From Bacteroidota bacterium (GTDB lineage: Bacteria; Bacteroidota; Bacteroidia; JABDFU01): 64,000 nt of DNA. The translations under genes were made by a program, and so were the position numbers. Position 1 is the first letter of the stretch. Each line of letters begins with the position of its first letter. Below are positions 28,766-39,015 of the stretch, piece after piece. The notes beneath the pieces are model-generated. The model saw nothing but the letters and a program-made list of their open reading frames with translations. It was not told the DNA's origin and did no database searches. The stretch is from NCBI GenBank assembly GCA_013286655.1, contig JABDFG010000007.1, positions 7,216 through 71,215 of the forward strand, in the 5' to 3' direction.

Positions 28766-29774
28766 CTTAGTTTTACGTGCAGCAAGAGGAGAAAAAGTAG
28801 AACGAACCCCCATATGGCTCATGCGCCAGGCAGGACGGATATTACCGGAATATCGTGCGGTGAGGTCAAAACTAAGCGGGTTTAAAGAATTAGTTGAATC
28901 TCCTGACTTGGCCTGCGAAGTAACCATTCAACCCGTCGATAGTTTAGGGGTGGATGCTGCAATTATATTCTCCGACATCCTTGTTATCCCGGAGGCTATG
29001 GGCCTCCCCTACCAGATGATAGAAGCAAAAGGCCCCTGGTTTGAAAAAACGATACAGTCTCAAAAGGACATAGAACAACTTCGGATAGCACAAGCAGACG
29101 ATCTTCCATATGTAATGAACGCCTTAAAACTAACGAAGCGGGAATTGAATAACAGAGTTCCCTTGATTGGCTTTTGCGGCGCTCCATGGACCCTCCTTGC
29201 CTATATGATAGAAGGATCAGGATCCAAAACATTTTCCAAGGCCAAAAAATTTCTCTACACACAACCCCAACTGGCTCATCAATTACTGGAAAAGATCACA
29301 CAAAGTTCGATTAACTACCTGAAAGGACAGGTGATAGCCGGAGCCGACATGTTACAGGTATTCGACAGTTGGGCAGGCATTCTTTCTCCTGAACAATACA
29401 CCGAATTTTCATTAAACTATATATCACAGATATGCAATGCGGTGAAGGAAGTACCCCTCACTGTTTTTGCAAAAGATGCCTACTTTGCCCGCAAAGCAAT
29501 GAGCCAGTTAAATTGTGCGACCATCGGACTGGACTGGACCATGGATATAGCTGAAAGCCGGGAAATTATTGGAAACACAAAGACTTTGCAGGGCAATATG
29601 GATCCTTGCTTACTATACGCTGATCAGGACATTATTAAAAAGGAAACCATAAAAATGCTGAAAGCTTTTGGCCCTAACCGGCATATAGCTAACCTTGGAC
29701 ATGGAATATATCCCGATACGGAGAAAGACAAAGTGAAATTTTTTGTTGATACGGTTAAAGAATTCCGGCATTGA
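28755..29774 (+). CDS. hemE: Uroporphyrinogen decarboxylase
   Basis: [44 protein letters not shown]. Confidence 0.97.
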   Translation: MINDLVLRAARGEKVERTPIWLMRQAGRILPEYRAVRSKLSGFKELVESPDLACEVTIQPVDSLGVDAAIIFSDILVIPEAMGLPYQMIEAKGPWFEKTIQSQKDIEQLRIAQADDLPYVMNALKLTKRELNNRVPLIGFCGAPWTLLAYMIEGSGSKTFSKAKKFLYTQPQLAHQLLEKITQSSINYLKGQVIAGADMLQVFDSWAGILSPEQYTEFSLNYISQICNAVKEVPLTVFAKDAYFARKAMSQLNCATIGLDWTMDIAESREIIGNTKTLQGNMDPCLLYADQDIIKKETIKMLKAFGPNRHIANLGHGIYPDTEKDKVKFFVDTVKEFRH

Positions 29775-30835
29775 AGATACCTTATCTTTTCTTCCTGTTG
29801 CTATCAACGGCATTTGCTCTATCTGCTCAAAAAAACCTTGTTCCAAATGGAGGTTTCGAAGCCCATAAAAATAAACGAAACACAAACATCTCCAATGCCG
29901 CTCCCTGGAAAGGAATTGCGAGTGTCGATTATTATCTCCAGTCATTAAAGCTCGACACCAGCAGGTATCATGGACCGCACTCGGGCGATGCAAGTGTAGG
30001 ACTTCGCTTTCAATTGAAATACAAAGAATATTTGTACGTTAAATTGATAGAGCCCCTGAAGGCGGGAAAAACGTATCACTATGAGACCTGGTTCCGCCTG
30101 CTTTCCATCAGTACGATGGGATTAAAACATTTTGGTGTTTTTTTTTCCAGAAAACCATTCGTTTTTTCGGACAAAATCGATTCCACGAATTCCCTTTACA
30201 TGTATAACCCGAAGGGACTGATCAATAATTACAACTGGATAAAACTGGAAGGCGAGTACACCGCTCAGGGAGGAGAACGATACATTACGATCGGAAATTT
30301 TGTAAAAAAAACCAAACACGATATGTACCGATTGAACCGAAAAAAGCTGTTTTCCTATTTTCACGAAGCCTATTACTTTGTCGACGATGTGCTTCTTACC
30401 GAAAAGATCGATCCGGCATTACTTATACAGACCAAACAAAATACTGGCAAAAAAGATTCAATACCCGTTGTTAAAAATGAATTAAAGTCTGGTGATGTTA
30501 TTCAGCTGAAAAGTATTTTCTTTGAAACGGGAAAAACGGAGTTGATGGACGACTCTTATCCCGAATTAGACAAATTGGTTGATTTATTGGAACGGAATCC
30601 TAAAATGGAAATTCGCATTAATGGACATACAGACAGCCAGGGTAATTCCGAAAGTAACCAGAAATTATCGGAAGACAGGGCCAAAGCCGTATTTGATTAC
30701 CTCCTTGAAAAAGGAATTTCCAACGAAATTGATTTCAAAGGCTTTGGAAGTACAAAACCTATTGCAGGAAATGACACGGAAGAAGGACGAAAAAGGAACA
30801 GACGGGTCGAATTTGAAGTTTTGCAAGGTCACTGA
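29771..30835 (+). CDS. OmpA-family protein with N-terminal carbohydrate-binding-like domain
   Basis: Signal peptide, NLVPNGGFE; C-terminal GHTD...[12 protein letters not shown]...GFG...NRRVEF. Confidence 0.9.
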   Translation: MKIPYLFFLLLSTAFALSAQKNLVPNGGFEAHKNKRNTNISNAAPWKGIASVDYYLQSLKLDTSRYHGPHSGDASVGLRFQLKYKEYLYVKLIEPLKAGKTYHYETWFRLLSISTMGLKHFGVFFSRKPFVFSDKIDSTNSLYMYNPKGLINNYNWIKLEGEYTAQGGERYITIGNFVKKTKHDMYRLNRKKLFSYFHEAYYFVDDVLLTEKIDPALLIQTKQNTGKKDSIPVVKNELKSGDVIQLKSIFFETGKTELMDDSYPELDKLVDLLERNPKMEIRINGHTDSQGNSESNQKLSEDRAKAVFDYLLEKGISNEIDFKGFGSTKPIAGNDTEEGRKRNRRVEFEVLQGH

Positions 30836-30837
30836 TA

Positions 30838-30966
30838 AATAGGGAATAGCGAGTAGCCAATAGCGAATAGGGGGATAGAAGTTTAGAAATCAGTAAGGTC
30901 AAATTAAGGTGGAAAATAAACTATATTTCAACCCTGTTGGCTATTCGCTACTCACTAGTCGCTAAT
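30838..30966. repeat. Intergenic element with inverted arms of 5 x 7-bp repeats (AATAGCG family)
   Basis: Left AATAGGG AATAGCG AGTAGCC AATAGCG AATAGGG (30838-30872); right CCCTGTT GGCTATT CGCTACT CACTAGT CGCTAAT (30932-30966); 59-nt spacer. Confidence 0.85.
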
Positions 30967-30973
30967 AATTAAA

Positions 30974-32260
30974 ATGGAAAAAGGAAATAAAAAAATAATC
31001 AACGCCTGGGCTTTCTACGATTGGGCCAATTCCTCTTATCCACTTGTCATTACTGCAGCAATTTTCCCGGTGTTTTACGAAAATGTAACCAGTACAGTTC
31101 TGAATGGAAAAACAATCAGTGATACGGTGCACCTGTTTGGCCGGGAGTATAAAAATACAGAGCTCTATTCCTACGTAGTTTCATTGTCATTCATTATTGT
31201 TTCTCTTTCAGCGCCCATACTTTCAGGAGTCGCGGATTACTCTGGCAATAAAAAAAAATTTATGCGGTTTTTTTGTTACCTCGGATCCTTATCCTGTGCC
31301 TCCCTTTATTTCTTCCGTACAGAGAACCTTTTTTGGGGTTTGCTCTCCATCCTTCTGGCAAGTGTAGGCTTTTGGGGAAGCCTGGTATTTTACAACGCTT
31401 ATTTGCCGGAAATAGCCGAACCAGAGGATCACGACCGGATAAGTGCAAAAGGATTTTCCATGGGCTACATCGGGAGTGCCCTTCTCCTGATTATTAACCT
31501 CGTTCTAATAAAAGGATTTAATATGCCAGCGCGCTGGTCTTTTGTATCAGTTGGACTTTGGTGGGCCGGATTCGCTCAAATAACCTTCTCGACACTTCCT
31601 GATAATATATATGGGCATAAACCTCATGGCAACATTCTATTTAAAGGATTTAACGAACTGAGCGTTGTTTGGAAAGAACTCAAAACGATACCAAGACTGA
31701 AACGTTACCTGAGTTCGTTTTTTTTGTACAGCATGGGTGTACAAACGGTAATGCTGATGGCGGTACTTTTTGCAAAAAAAGAAATTGTCGGGATAGAAGA
31801 CAGTAACCTGATCATTAGTATATTGCTCATCCAATTTCTGGGGATCGCTGGTTCTGTTTTATTCTCAAGACTATCCAGATGGATAGGAAATATAAGGGCA
31901 TTAGGCATAGCCATTTTTATCTGGATTGGCATTTGTGTAGGAACTTATCTTTGGGTGTATACTCCAACTGATTTTTATATCATCGCTTCATTAGTCGGAC
32001 TTGTCATGGGTGGAATACAATCCCTTTCGCGTTCTACCTACTCAAAGTTATTACCCGAAACCGAGGATCATGCATCTTACTTTAGCTTTTTCGACGTATG
32101 CGAGAAAATAGGCATTGTGATTGGCACCTTTTCTTTCGGTTATATTGAAGGGATAACGGGAGGCATGCGGAATTCAATACTTGCCCTGATCGTATTCTTT
32201 GTGTTCGGCTTTGTCGTCTTGTTGACAATTCCCAAAAGTAAAAATATCGAAGCAGAATGA
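30974..32260 (+). CDS. MFS transporter (UMF1/Atg22-like)
   Basis: AWAFYDWANS, YNAYLPEIA, GFSMGYIG, GGIQSLSRS; about 12 TM segments. Confidence 0.9.
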   Translation: MEKGNKKIINAWAFYDWANSSYPLVITAAIFPVFYENVTSTVLNGKTISDTVHLFGREYKNTELYSYVVSLSFIIVSLSAPILSGVADYSGNKKKFMRFFCYLGSLSCASLYFFRTENLFWGLLSILLASVGFWGSLVFYNAYLPEIAEPEDHDRISAKGFSMGYIGSALLLIINLVLIKGFNMPARWSFVSVGLWWAGFAQITFSTLPDNIYGHKPHGNILFKGFNELSVVWKELKTIPRLKRYLSSFFLYSMGVQTVMLMAVLFAKKEIVGIEDSNLIISILLIQFLGIAGSVLFSRLSRWIGNIRALGIAIFIWIGICVGTYLWVYTPTDFYIIASLVGLVMGGIQSLSRSTYSKLLPETEDHASYFSFFDVCEKIGIVIGTFSFGYIEGITGGMRNSILALIVFFVFGFVVLLTIPKSKNIEAE

Positions 32261-32377
32261 TTAAGGATTGGGGATGAAGGATTTAGACAGAATGTTATGT
32301 GATTTTTAAACCTAAAACCGTAAATTGCAATATTAATTAGTTTAATCCTGAATCCAAATTCCTGAATCCCTGATTCT
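32257..32377. repeat. Intergenic element with inverted heptamer arms (AGGATTN / NAATCCT family)
   Basis: Left ATGATTA AGGATTG GGGATGA AGGATTT (32257-32284); right TAATCCT GAATCCA AATTCCT GAATCCC TGATTCT (32343-32377); 58-nt spacer. Confidence 0.8.
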
Positions 32378-32379
32378 CT

Positions 32380-33102
32380 ATGATTGTAGACATATTTATC
32401 CCCTGTTTTATTGACCAGATTTATCCAAAAGCTGCGGAAAGCATGGTAAAGGTGCTCGAAAAGGTAGGCTGCGCGGTAAATTATAACCCAGAGCAAACCT
32501 GCTGTGGACAACCGGCTTTCAATGCAGGCTATTGGAGCGAGGCGAAAGAAGTGAGCGAGAAATTTATCAAAGAATTTCAGAATGATCGTTACATTGTTTG
32601 CCCTTCCGCTTCCTGCGCCGGTTTTGTAAAAAATTACTTTCCTGAAATGTTCCATAATTCCGCCTTACACAATGAATTCAAACAAATTCAAAAGAACATG
32701 TTTGAGTTTACCGATTTTATGGTGAACATTTTAAAGATCACCGATATTGGCGCCACGCTGAAGGGGATTGCGACGTATCACGATTCCTGCGCTGCGCTGC
32801 GCGAATATGGAGTTCGACGAGAACCACGTGTATTACTTGAAAAAGTAAAAGGGCTTGAATTACGTGAAATGAAAGACACGGAAACCTGTTGTGGATTTGG
32901 AGGCAGTTTTGCAGTAAAATTTGAACCCATTGCGGTGGGCATGGGACAAGAAAAAGTCGGACATGCCCTTGAAGTGGGTGCGGAGTATCTTATATCAACC
33001 GATATGTCTTGCTTAATGCACATGGAAGGATATATCAAAAAACAAAACATGAACCTGCAGGTTATGCACATTGCTGATGTGCTGGCGAGCGGATGGGAAT
33101 GA
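32380..33102 (+). CDS. CCG-domain Fe-S protein (LutA/YkgE-like)
   Basis: FIPCFID, QTCCGQPA.N.G, SASC, YHDSC, CCGFGG.F, D.SCLMH. Confidence 0.88.
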   Translation: MIVDIFIPCFIDQIYPKAAESMVKVLEKVGCAVNYNPEQTCCGQPAFNAGYWSEAKEVSEKFIKEFQNDRYIVCPSASCAGFVKNYFPEMFHNSALHNEFKQIQKNMFEFTDFMVNILKITDIGATLKGIATYHDSCAALREYGVRREPRVLLEKVKGLELREMKDTETCCGFGGSFAVKFEPIAVGMGQEKVGHALEVGAEYLISTDMSCLMHMEGYIKKQNMNLQVMHIADVLASGWE

Positions 33103-33103
33103 T

Positions 33104-33436
33104 ATGCGTGAAGATTTTTTTAAAGATGTTTTTGAGGTAGTTTGCCTTATACCGAAAGGTCGTGTCACCAATTACGGAGCTATTGCGAAATACCTCGGCA
33201 CAGCCCAATCATCGCGCATGGTTGGCTGGGCTATGAACGCCTCCCATTCATATAAAAAGAAAGTTCCGGCGCACCGCGTTGTCAATCGCAATGGCATGCT
33301 TACTGGGAAACATCACTTTACAGATCCTTATAGGATGCAGCAACTCCTTGAAAAAGAAGGCATAAAAGTCAAAAATGACAAAGTGCTCGAGTTCCGAAAA
33401 TTGTTTTGGGATCCTACTGAAGAATTAAGATTATGA
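33104..33436 (+). CDS. Alkyltransferase-like (MGMT-family, ATL) DNA-binding protein; start likely ATG 33104
   Basis: IPKGRVTNYGAIA, R.VGWAM, VPAHRVVN (no catalytic Cys). Confidence 0.85.
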   Translation: MREDFFKDVFEVVCLIPKGRVTNYGAIAKYLGTAQSSRMVGWAMNASHSYKKKVPAHRVVNRNGMLTGKHHFTDPYRMQQLLEKEGIKVKNDKVLEFRKLFWDPTEELRL

Positions 33437-33444
33437 CGAACGAA

Positions 33445-34569
33445 TTATACCACAAACAGGTCGCTGGCAATCTTATCCGCCAGTAATTTCCCTTTATCCG
33501 TTAAATTCAACAGCGAATTCTTTTGGATAACGTCACCGGACATAATATACCTCTGAACTTCTTTAACACAGGTTGTATAATAGTCTTCTCCCATTTTTCG
33601 TATACAGTCTAAATCCGTACCCCAGATGGTACGCAAAGAGGTTAATATATATTCATTATAGTGCTGATCAGGCTTAAGAATTTCCTTCTCAAAATCAAGT
33701 GTTCTTTTTTCCAAAGCCCGTATGTACCGGTTATTATTCCGGACATTCCATTGCCGGCTATATCCATTGTAGGAGTGGGCAGAAGGTCCTAAACCTAAAT
33801 AATGTTCCTTTAACCAGTAATTACTGTTGTGTTTTGACAAAAAACCCTCTTTACAAAAATTAGATATCTCATACTGTATAAAATCATTCTTTTTCATTTC
33901 AGCAATCAGCGTTTCAAACTGGTAAGCTGTCTGCCGTTCATCTGGATTTTCCGATTTTCCTGATCGAATGAAGCGGTCAAGTGCCGTCTTGGGTTCAACC
34001 GTTAAAGCATAACAAGAAATATGTTTGACTTGGAGCGCAAATACCTTATCGAGGTTATTCAGCCAGACATCCTTACTTAAGGTTGGAGTGCCATAGATCA
34101 GGTCGACAGAGATATTGTTAAAGCCGGCATCCTGGGCATCTTTAACCGCAGCACTTCCCATTTCTGCCGTATGCGCACGATTCATATAACGAAGGTCTTT
34201 CTCTGCGAAGGATTGCAAACCGATACTCAGACGGTTAACCGGAGTTTCCTTCAATTGCCGTAATTTTTCATGTGTCAGGTCATCCGGATTTGCCTCCAGG
34301 GTAATTTCAGCATCTGCTGAAATTGAATAATTCTCATTTAGCTCCTGAAAAACATCCAGCAGTTCCCTTTGAGAAAGTAAAGAAGGAGTACCACCTCCCA
34401 AATAAACAGACTTGATCTCCTGACCTTTCAAGTAATTCTTCTGCAAAGCTATTTCCAGTTTCAAAGCATCTAAAAAAGCTTGTTTGTTTTTCAGTGAAGT
34501 GGAAAAATGAAAATCGCAGTAATGACAGGCTTGTTTACAAAATGGTATATGTAGGTATATACCTGCCAC
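33445..34569 (-). CDS. hemW: Radical SAM heme chaperone HemW
   Basis: YLHIPFCKQACHYCDF, GGGTPS, YEISNF, HNSNYW. Confidence 0.92.
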   Translation of the reverse strand: MAGIYLHIPFCKQACHYCDFHFSTSLKNKQAFLDALKLEIALQKNYLKGQEIKSVYLGGGTPSLLSQRELLDVFQELNENYSISADAEITLEANPDDLTHEKLRQLKETPVNRLSIGLQSFAEKDLRYMNRAHTAEMGSAAVKDAQDAGFNNISVDLIYGTPTLSKDVWLNNLDKVFALQVKHISCYALTVEPKTALDRFIRSGKSENPDERQTAYQFETLIAEMKKNDFIQYEISNFCKEGFLSKHNSNYWLKEHYLGLGPSAHSYNGYSRQWNVRNNNRYIRALEKRTLDFEKEILKPDQHYNEYILTSLRTIWGTDLDCIRKMGEDYYTTCVKEVQRYIMSGDVIQKNSLLNLTDKGKLLADKIASDLFVV

Positions 34570-36080
34570 TATTTATTCAATACAATCCTGAACGTAGTTC
34601 CTTTATTGATTTCCGACCACTTGACGAATAACTCCCCCGAATGATAATTCTCAATAATACGTTTGCTAAGAGAAAGCCCAAGTCCCCAGCCACGCTGTTT
34701 AGTTGTATAACCTGGTTTAAAAACAGTTTTATACTTTGATTTAGGAAGCCCCTTACCAGTATCTGTTATGTCAATGTACACAAACTGATGTTGATCATAA
34801 ATGTCAACCCTGATGGCACCATTCCCATTCATAGCGTCAACAGCGTTTCTGCACAAATTTTCAATTACCCAGGCAAATAAGGCGACATTCAACTTTGCAG
34901 TTACCTGCTCTCCATCATGCGGCTGAATACTATAGATAACATTTTTAGAAGTACGTGTTTTCAAATAGTTAATAGCTTCTTCCATTACGCTGAAAACATT
35001 TTCATTTTCGAGTTTGGGTACAGAACCGATCTTGGAGAAACGCTCGGTTATCGTTTCCAGACGTTTAACGTCCTTTTCGAGTTCAGATATCATGTCAGGA
35101 GGAACATCTTTCGTTTTTAAATATTCAACCCAGGCCATCAGGGAAGAAAGCGGAGTCCCCAATTGATGAGCCGTTTCCTTCGCCATTCCAACCCAAACCT
35201 GATTCTGTTCAGCATTCCTGGAAGTACTGAACAACGTATAGGCAATCAGAAAAAACAAGCCAATTACAACAAATTGCACGTATGGATAATACTTAAGCTG
35301 AGTAAGTAAAATTGAATCTTCATAGAAAATAAATTGTTCGCCTTCTTCTCCAAAATTAATGACAATGGGAGGCTTGGAAGACTCCATCTTTTCAATAGTC
35401 TCTTTTAGCCTTTGAGGAGTGGACATCTTAACCGAATCGACATTTCCGGAAGCAATCACATGAAGCCGGGTAGAGTCTGTGAAAACAACCGGCACAGAGG
35501 CCGAATTAACAGCCACTTCCGAAATAAAAGACTTCACAAGATCATCCAGAACAGTTCTCAATTCCGAAAAAAGCCTGGAATCCTTATAATACAAATAATT
35601 CTTTTGTCCCTTAGAAAGTGTGATTTCTATCGGATGATGTTGCTGACGCATTATTCGCATCTCCTGCTCCAGATAGTTTTTGTCATTGACTTTGGTCGAA
35701 TCCAGGTTTCGCGAGTTAATAATCGCTCCAGTGGCATCCGCCAATATAACAGGAACCGTTTGATTATTTTTAATGACTTCAAATATAAAACTCACATCCT
35801 CCATTTGTAATGATGGATTAGCAAGTTGCCGGGTGCCGGTTGCCAATAATTCAACCTTTTTACGTTCCTCTATGGCTATTTTTGTAAACAATTCATTGGT
35901 ATATTGAACGAGTTTTGCTTTTTTGCGAATTGCATCCGCCCACAATTTTACTTTCTTCCGTTCATCAGCTGCTATTTTGTTAACGAGCGTATTGGTATAC
36001 CAAAGCGATAAGGCTACAATGAATAATGCAGCAATACAGAGCAGCAATTTCCATCGTTGTTTTTGCGAATAGATATTCAT
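34569..36080 (-). CDS. Membrane sensor histidine kinase (no adjacent response regulator)
   Basis: Two TM helices; ETAHQLGTP H-box; ENLCRNAVDA, DTGKG, GWGLGL. Confidence 0.92.
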   Translation of the reverse strand: MNIYSQKQRWKLLLCIAALFIVALSLWYTNTLVNKIAADERKKVKLWADAIRKKAKLVQYTNELFTKIAIEERKKVELLATGTRQLANPSLQMEDVSFIFEVIKNNQTVPVILADATGAIINSRNLDSTKVNDKNYLEQEMRIMRQQHHPIEITLSKGQKNYLYYKDSRLFSELRTVLDDLVKSFISEVAVNSASVPVVFTDSTRLHVIASGNVDSVKMSTPQRLKETIEKMESSKPPIVINFGEEGEQFIFYEDSILLTQLKYYPYVQFVVIGLFFLIAYTLFSTSRNAEQNQVWVGMAKETAHQLGTPLSSLMAWVEYLKTKDVPPDMISELEKDVKRLETITERFSKIGSVPKLENENVFSVMEEAINYLKTRTSKNVIYSIQPHDGEQVTAKLNVALFAWVIENLCRNAVDAMNGNGAIRVDIYDQHQFVYIDITDTGKGLPKSKYKTVFKPGYTTKQRGWGLGLSLSKRIIENYHSGELFVKWSEINKGTTFRIVLNK

Positions 36081-36147
36081 CCCTTCAAATTTACCTAAAT
36101 TTAAACTTCAAATCAGTTAAGTGTGTTCCTAAATGCTTCCCATTTTC

Positions 36148-36203
36148 GGCTATTACTTACCTCTTATAGCCTATGAATCCGACTTTCGTCACTACTCGCT
36201 AAT
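36148..36203. repeat. Degenerate heptamer run ending at the AsmA-like gene stop codon
   Basis: GGCTATT ... CACTACT CGCTAAT in 7-nt phase; same units as the right arm at 30932-30966. Confidence 0.5.
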
Positions 36204-38832
36204 TATCTTCCTTCTCATCCTTCCCACTTTCATCCCATTTAACTTTCAGTTTATCCGATTTCTTCTGAGTACCTTTTTCCGGTGCTTTAGTAAGCGTGCT
36301 GTCTTTCTTAAACCAACCAAACTCATCTTTCAATAGGCCTTTCAAATTGTGCTTTTCTTTCTTAATATCCGCTTTAATTTTTTGAAACATTCCTTTTCGG
36401 TCGTAGTTGATAAGAGGGTGATCAACAGTTCCTTTCATTGAAATAAATAAGGTTCTGCTCAATCCGTCATCTGCCACTTCACCAAATTCATCATTCTCTT
36501 TTTTCACTTTACCTGCCTTTTGAGCCAATAATTCACGCATCAATAAGCTAATCTCGTAATCTATTTCATTGTTAAAGGTATGTTTACCCAGACAGGTGAG
36601 GTTGAGAACGCTGTTTTTTATTTCCATTTTAGGAATAAAAATAGTTTGATTTTTAATTTCAATTTTATTTTCCAACGTAGCGAATTTGATATCCTCGAGT
36701 TCCTTCAGACGAATAAATTTGGAAAATGCTTTCAAAGGTTCAAAATTCAACAATTCTCCTTTTTCAATTTTTATTTCTGCCCGGGCTTTTACTTTGTCAA
36801 GGTTGGCAATAAGCTCCGGGCTCCATTCGGAAGAATAGTGTATTTCCGAAGTTAATAAACCTCTTAAATTTTTATTCGTAAGCGTCGTTTGTCCGAAATT
36901 ATCCAGTTCAGCAAACAATTTGCTGATATTCACTTTATCAAGCGAAGCCTCACAGGAAATGAATAGTCGTTTTCCATCACTGCCATCTATTATACCACTC
37001 CCTTCCACCTTTCCGTCCATCGAGTTAAACGAAACAGGTTCGATGATCATCCTTTTATCATTCAAAGTTATCTGAGCATATATATTCTCCGCCTCAAAAC
37101 GTTTAAAATTCAGTTTCTTTATAGCTGTATGAAGATCCAGACGCAGGTATTCCGGAAACCGGAGTTCATAAATGGTATTGCGCGGAGTTGACTTATTTTC
37201 ATCCGCCAATAGCTCGTCCAGATCAAGTCTTTTACACTTCAATTCGGCTTCGACAGTCAATGTTTCCCTGTCCAGAAAAATGGAAGGCAAAACATTTTTC
37301 ACAAGCCCTGTTAATTCAAAATCGCTGTTAGCAATACGACCCTTAAAATCATTTATCACTACATCATTGTTATCAAATTGAAAAGAACCTTGAATACTGT
37401 CAACGCTGTTCTTATTACGCTTAAATCGCACCTGAACATCCTTCAGTTCTATTGTCCCGGATGTTATTGCATTTTTCAGATCCTTTTCCACAAACGACTT
37501 TCCATTTTTAACCTCCGGCAATTTTCCGGAGTAGGTCAGAACGACCTTTGCACGACCTTTGATTGATTCAATGGTATCTATCTCTATAAACTTCTGAAAA
37601 TTTCCAAGATCAAAATCGGCTCTTATATTCATTTTTAAATATGGATTGCTAAAGTTTTCAAGAAGACCATAACCACTTAACTGCCCTTCATTCAACTTAC
37701 CGGAGAAATGTTCAATCAATAATCTCGATTCTCCACTGTTGGTATATGTCCCTTTAAGTGTCAATCCATTGAAAGTAAGCCCCGATTTTTTATGGGTAAT
37801 TTTCCCATCCTGAATTCCGAAATGAGCATTTACGACAGGAGTTTCAAAATGACTCCATTTCCCCTTAATACTTGCATCAAAATAAAAATCGCCCTCTTTC
37901 GAATAATCAGTTAGTTTATTTCTGTATTTATCAGGGACCAATGATAAGACAGAACCGATCTCCAGGTCACGTCCCTTCACCTGAAGATCAACTCCTGCAG
38001 AAGAATCCCGGTACGTCAGATTCCCTTTCAGGTCAAAATTCAAACCAGCCACTTTAATCCTCCCGATTTGAACACCATAGGTGCCGGATTTGTTTTCCAT
38101 ATAAAAATCTGCTTTTAATTCAGCATCCTTATTTTCCAAGTATACGGTATTGCCGGATTTCACCTGCAGCAGGAATAATTGCAGATCCGTACTTAAATGA
38201 TAGGTTTCTTCTGTAAATTTTCCGGACAATGTACCTTTGGATATTTTCAGACGATGAATCTGTTTGTTTGCGAGGTCAGTATAGCTCAGACAAACATTTT
38301 TTAAAACTATTTTTTCTAAAGCAAAAGAAAACTTTCCGGAAATACTGTCGCTGGAATCTTTCCAGAAGTGATAATTGTCCTTACCATTCTTATCAATTTT
38401 TATTTTCATGACAAGATCTGCCAAAGAGAGTTTACGGATTCTGTAATTCCTGTTAAAAATATCCCGGATATCAAATTGAAGTGAAACTGATCCGGCAAAA
38501 AAAAGGGTGTCCCTTTCGGGCGTATCTTTAGGATTGACATCCAAGGCAAGTACTTCCCTGAACTCAACAGAGGCAGAAGGAAAATTTTTCAGTACAGAAA
38601 AATGGATATCGCGGGGAGAAACGACAACTTGCACATTCAATCGTTTGTTAACCTGCTCAATAATATAGGACTTGACTTCATCTCCGTAAAAATTACCAAT
38701 GATCAATCCAAAAATCAGGAAGAGAAAAACGGACAGGAGCAATCCAATAAAAAATCGTCCTGCAGTTTTTCCGGCCGGTATTTTTTTACCTGCTCTCTCA
38801 GATGGAGAGATAGAACCTTCCTTGATTTCCAT
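36199..38832 (-). CDS. AsmA-like envelope protein
   Basis: N-terminal TM anchor, long beta-rich region, C-terminal G.HTFNNEIDY...GTVD.P. Confidence 0.82.
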   Translation of the reverse strand: MEIKEGSISPSERAGKKIPAGKTAGRFFIGLLLSVFLFLIFGLIIGNFYGDEVKSYIIEQVNKRLNVQVVVSPRDIHFSVLKNFPSASVEFREVLALDVNPKDTPERDTLFFAGSVSLQFDIRDIFNRNYRIRKLSLADLVMKIKIDKNGKDNYHFWKDSSDSISGKFSFALEKIVLKNVCLSYTDLANKQIHRLKISKGTLSGKFTEETYHLSTDLQLFLLQVKSGNTVYLENKDAELKADFYMENKSGTYGVQIGRIKVAGLNFDLKGNLTYRDSSAGVDLQVKGRDLEIGSVLSLVPDKYRNKLTDYSKEGDFYFDASIKGKWSHFETPVVNAHFGIQDGKITHKKSGLTFNGLTLKGTYTNSGESRLLIEHFSGKLNEGQLSGYGLLENFSNPYLKMNIRADFDLGNFQKFIEIDTIESIKGRAKVVLTYSGKLPEVKNGKSFVEKDLKNAITSGTIELKDVQVRFKRNKNSVDSIQGSFQFDNNDVVINDFKGRIANSDFELTGLVKNVLPSIFLDRETLTVEAELKCKRLDLDELLADENKSTPRNTIYELRFPEYLRLDLHTAIKKLNFKRFEAENIYAQITLNDKRMIIEPVSFNSMDGKVEGSGIIDGSDGKRLFISCEASLDKVNISKLFAELDNFGQTTLTNKNLRGLLTSEIHYSSEWSPELIANLDKVKARAEIKIEKGELLNFEPLKAFSKFIRLKELEDIKFATLENKIEIKNQTIFIPKMEIKNSVLNLTCLGKHTFNNEIDYEISLLMRELLAQKAGKVKKENDEFGEVADDGLSRTLFISMKGTVDHPLINYDRKGMFQKIKADIKKEKHNLKGLLKDEFGWFKKDSTLTKAPEKGTQKKSDKLKVKWDESGKDEKEDN

Positions 38833-39015
38833 GAAATAGTGTTGGAATACAAATATTCTGAAAATTACGGGCTAAAATTCATAAAACGGCCGTATCTTAT
38901 TAATAACGGGAAGTGGATAAGAATAGTATCGAATGATCTCTGTATCAACAATTAATTGTTTTTAACTTATCGGGAAACCCACGAATAATACTTCTCCATC
39001 CTCTATTTTTGATAA

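Noticed and set aside
30838-32377. Heptamer arrays as CRISPR repeats or IS ends
   Set aside because: No repeat-spacer periodicity of CRISPR size, no cas or transposase gene, and no evident target-site duplication.
38947-38960. 14-bp palindrome AACAATTAATTGTT in the divergent AsmA-like/SpmAB gap
   Set aside because: Very AT-rich and plausibly chance; no second copy or nearby regulator supports it.
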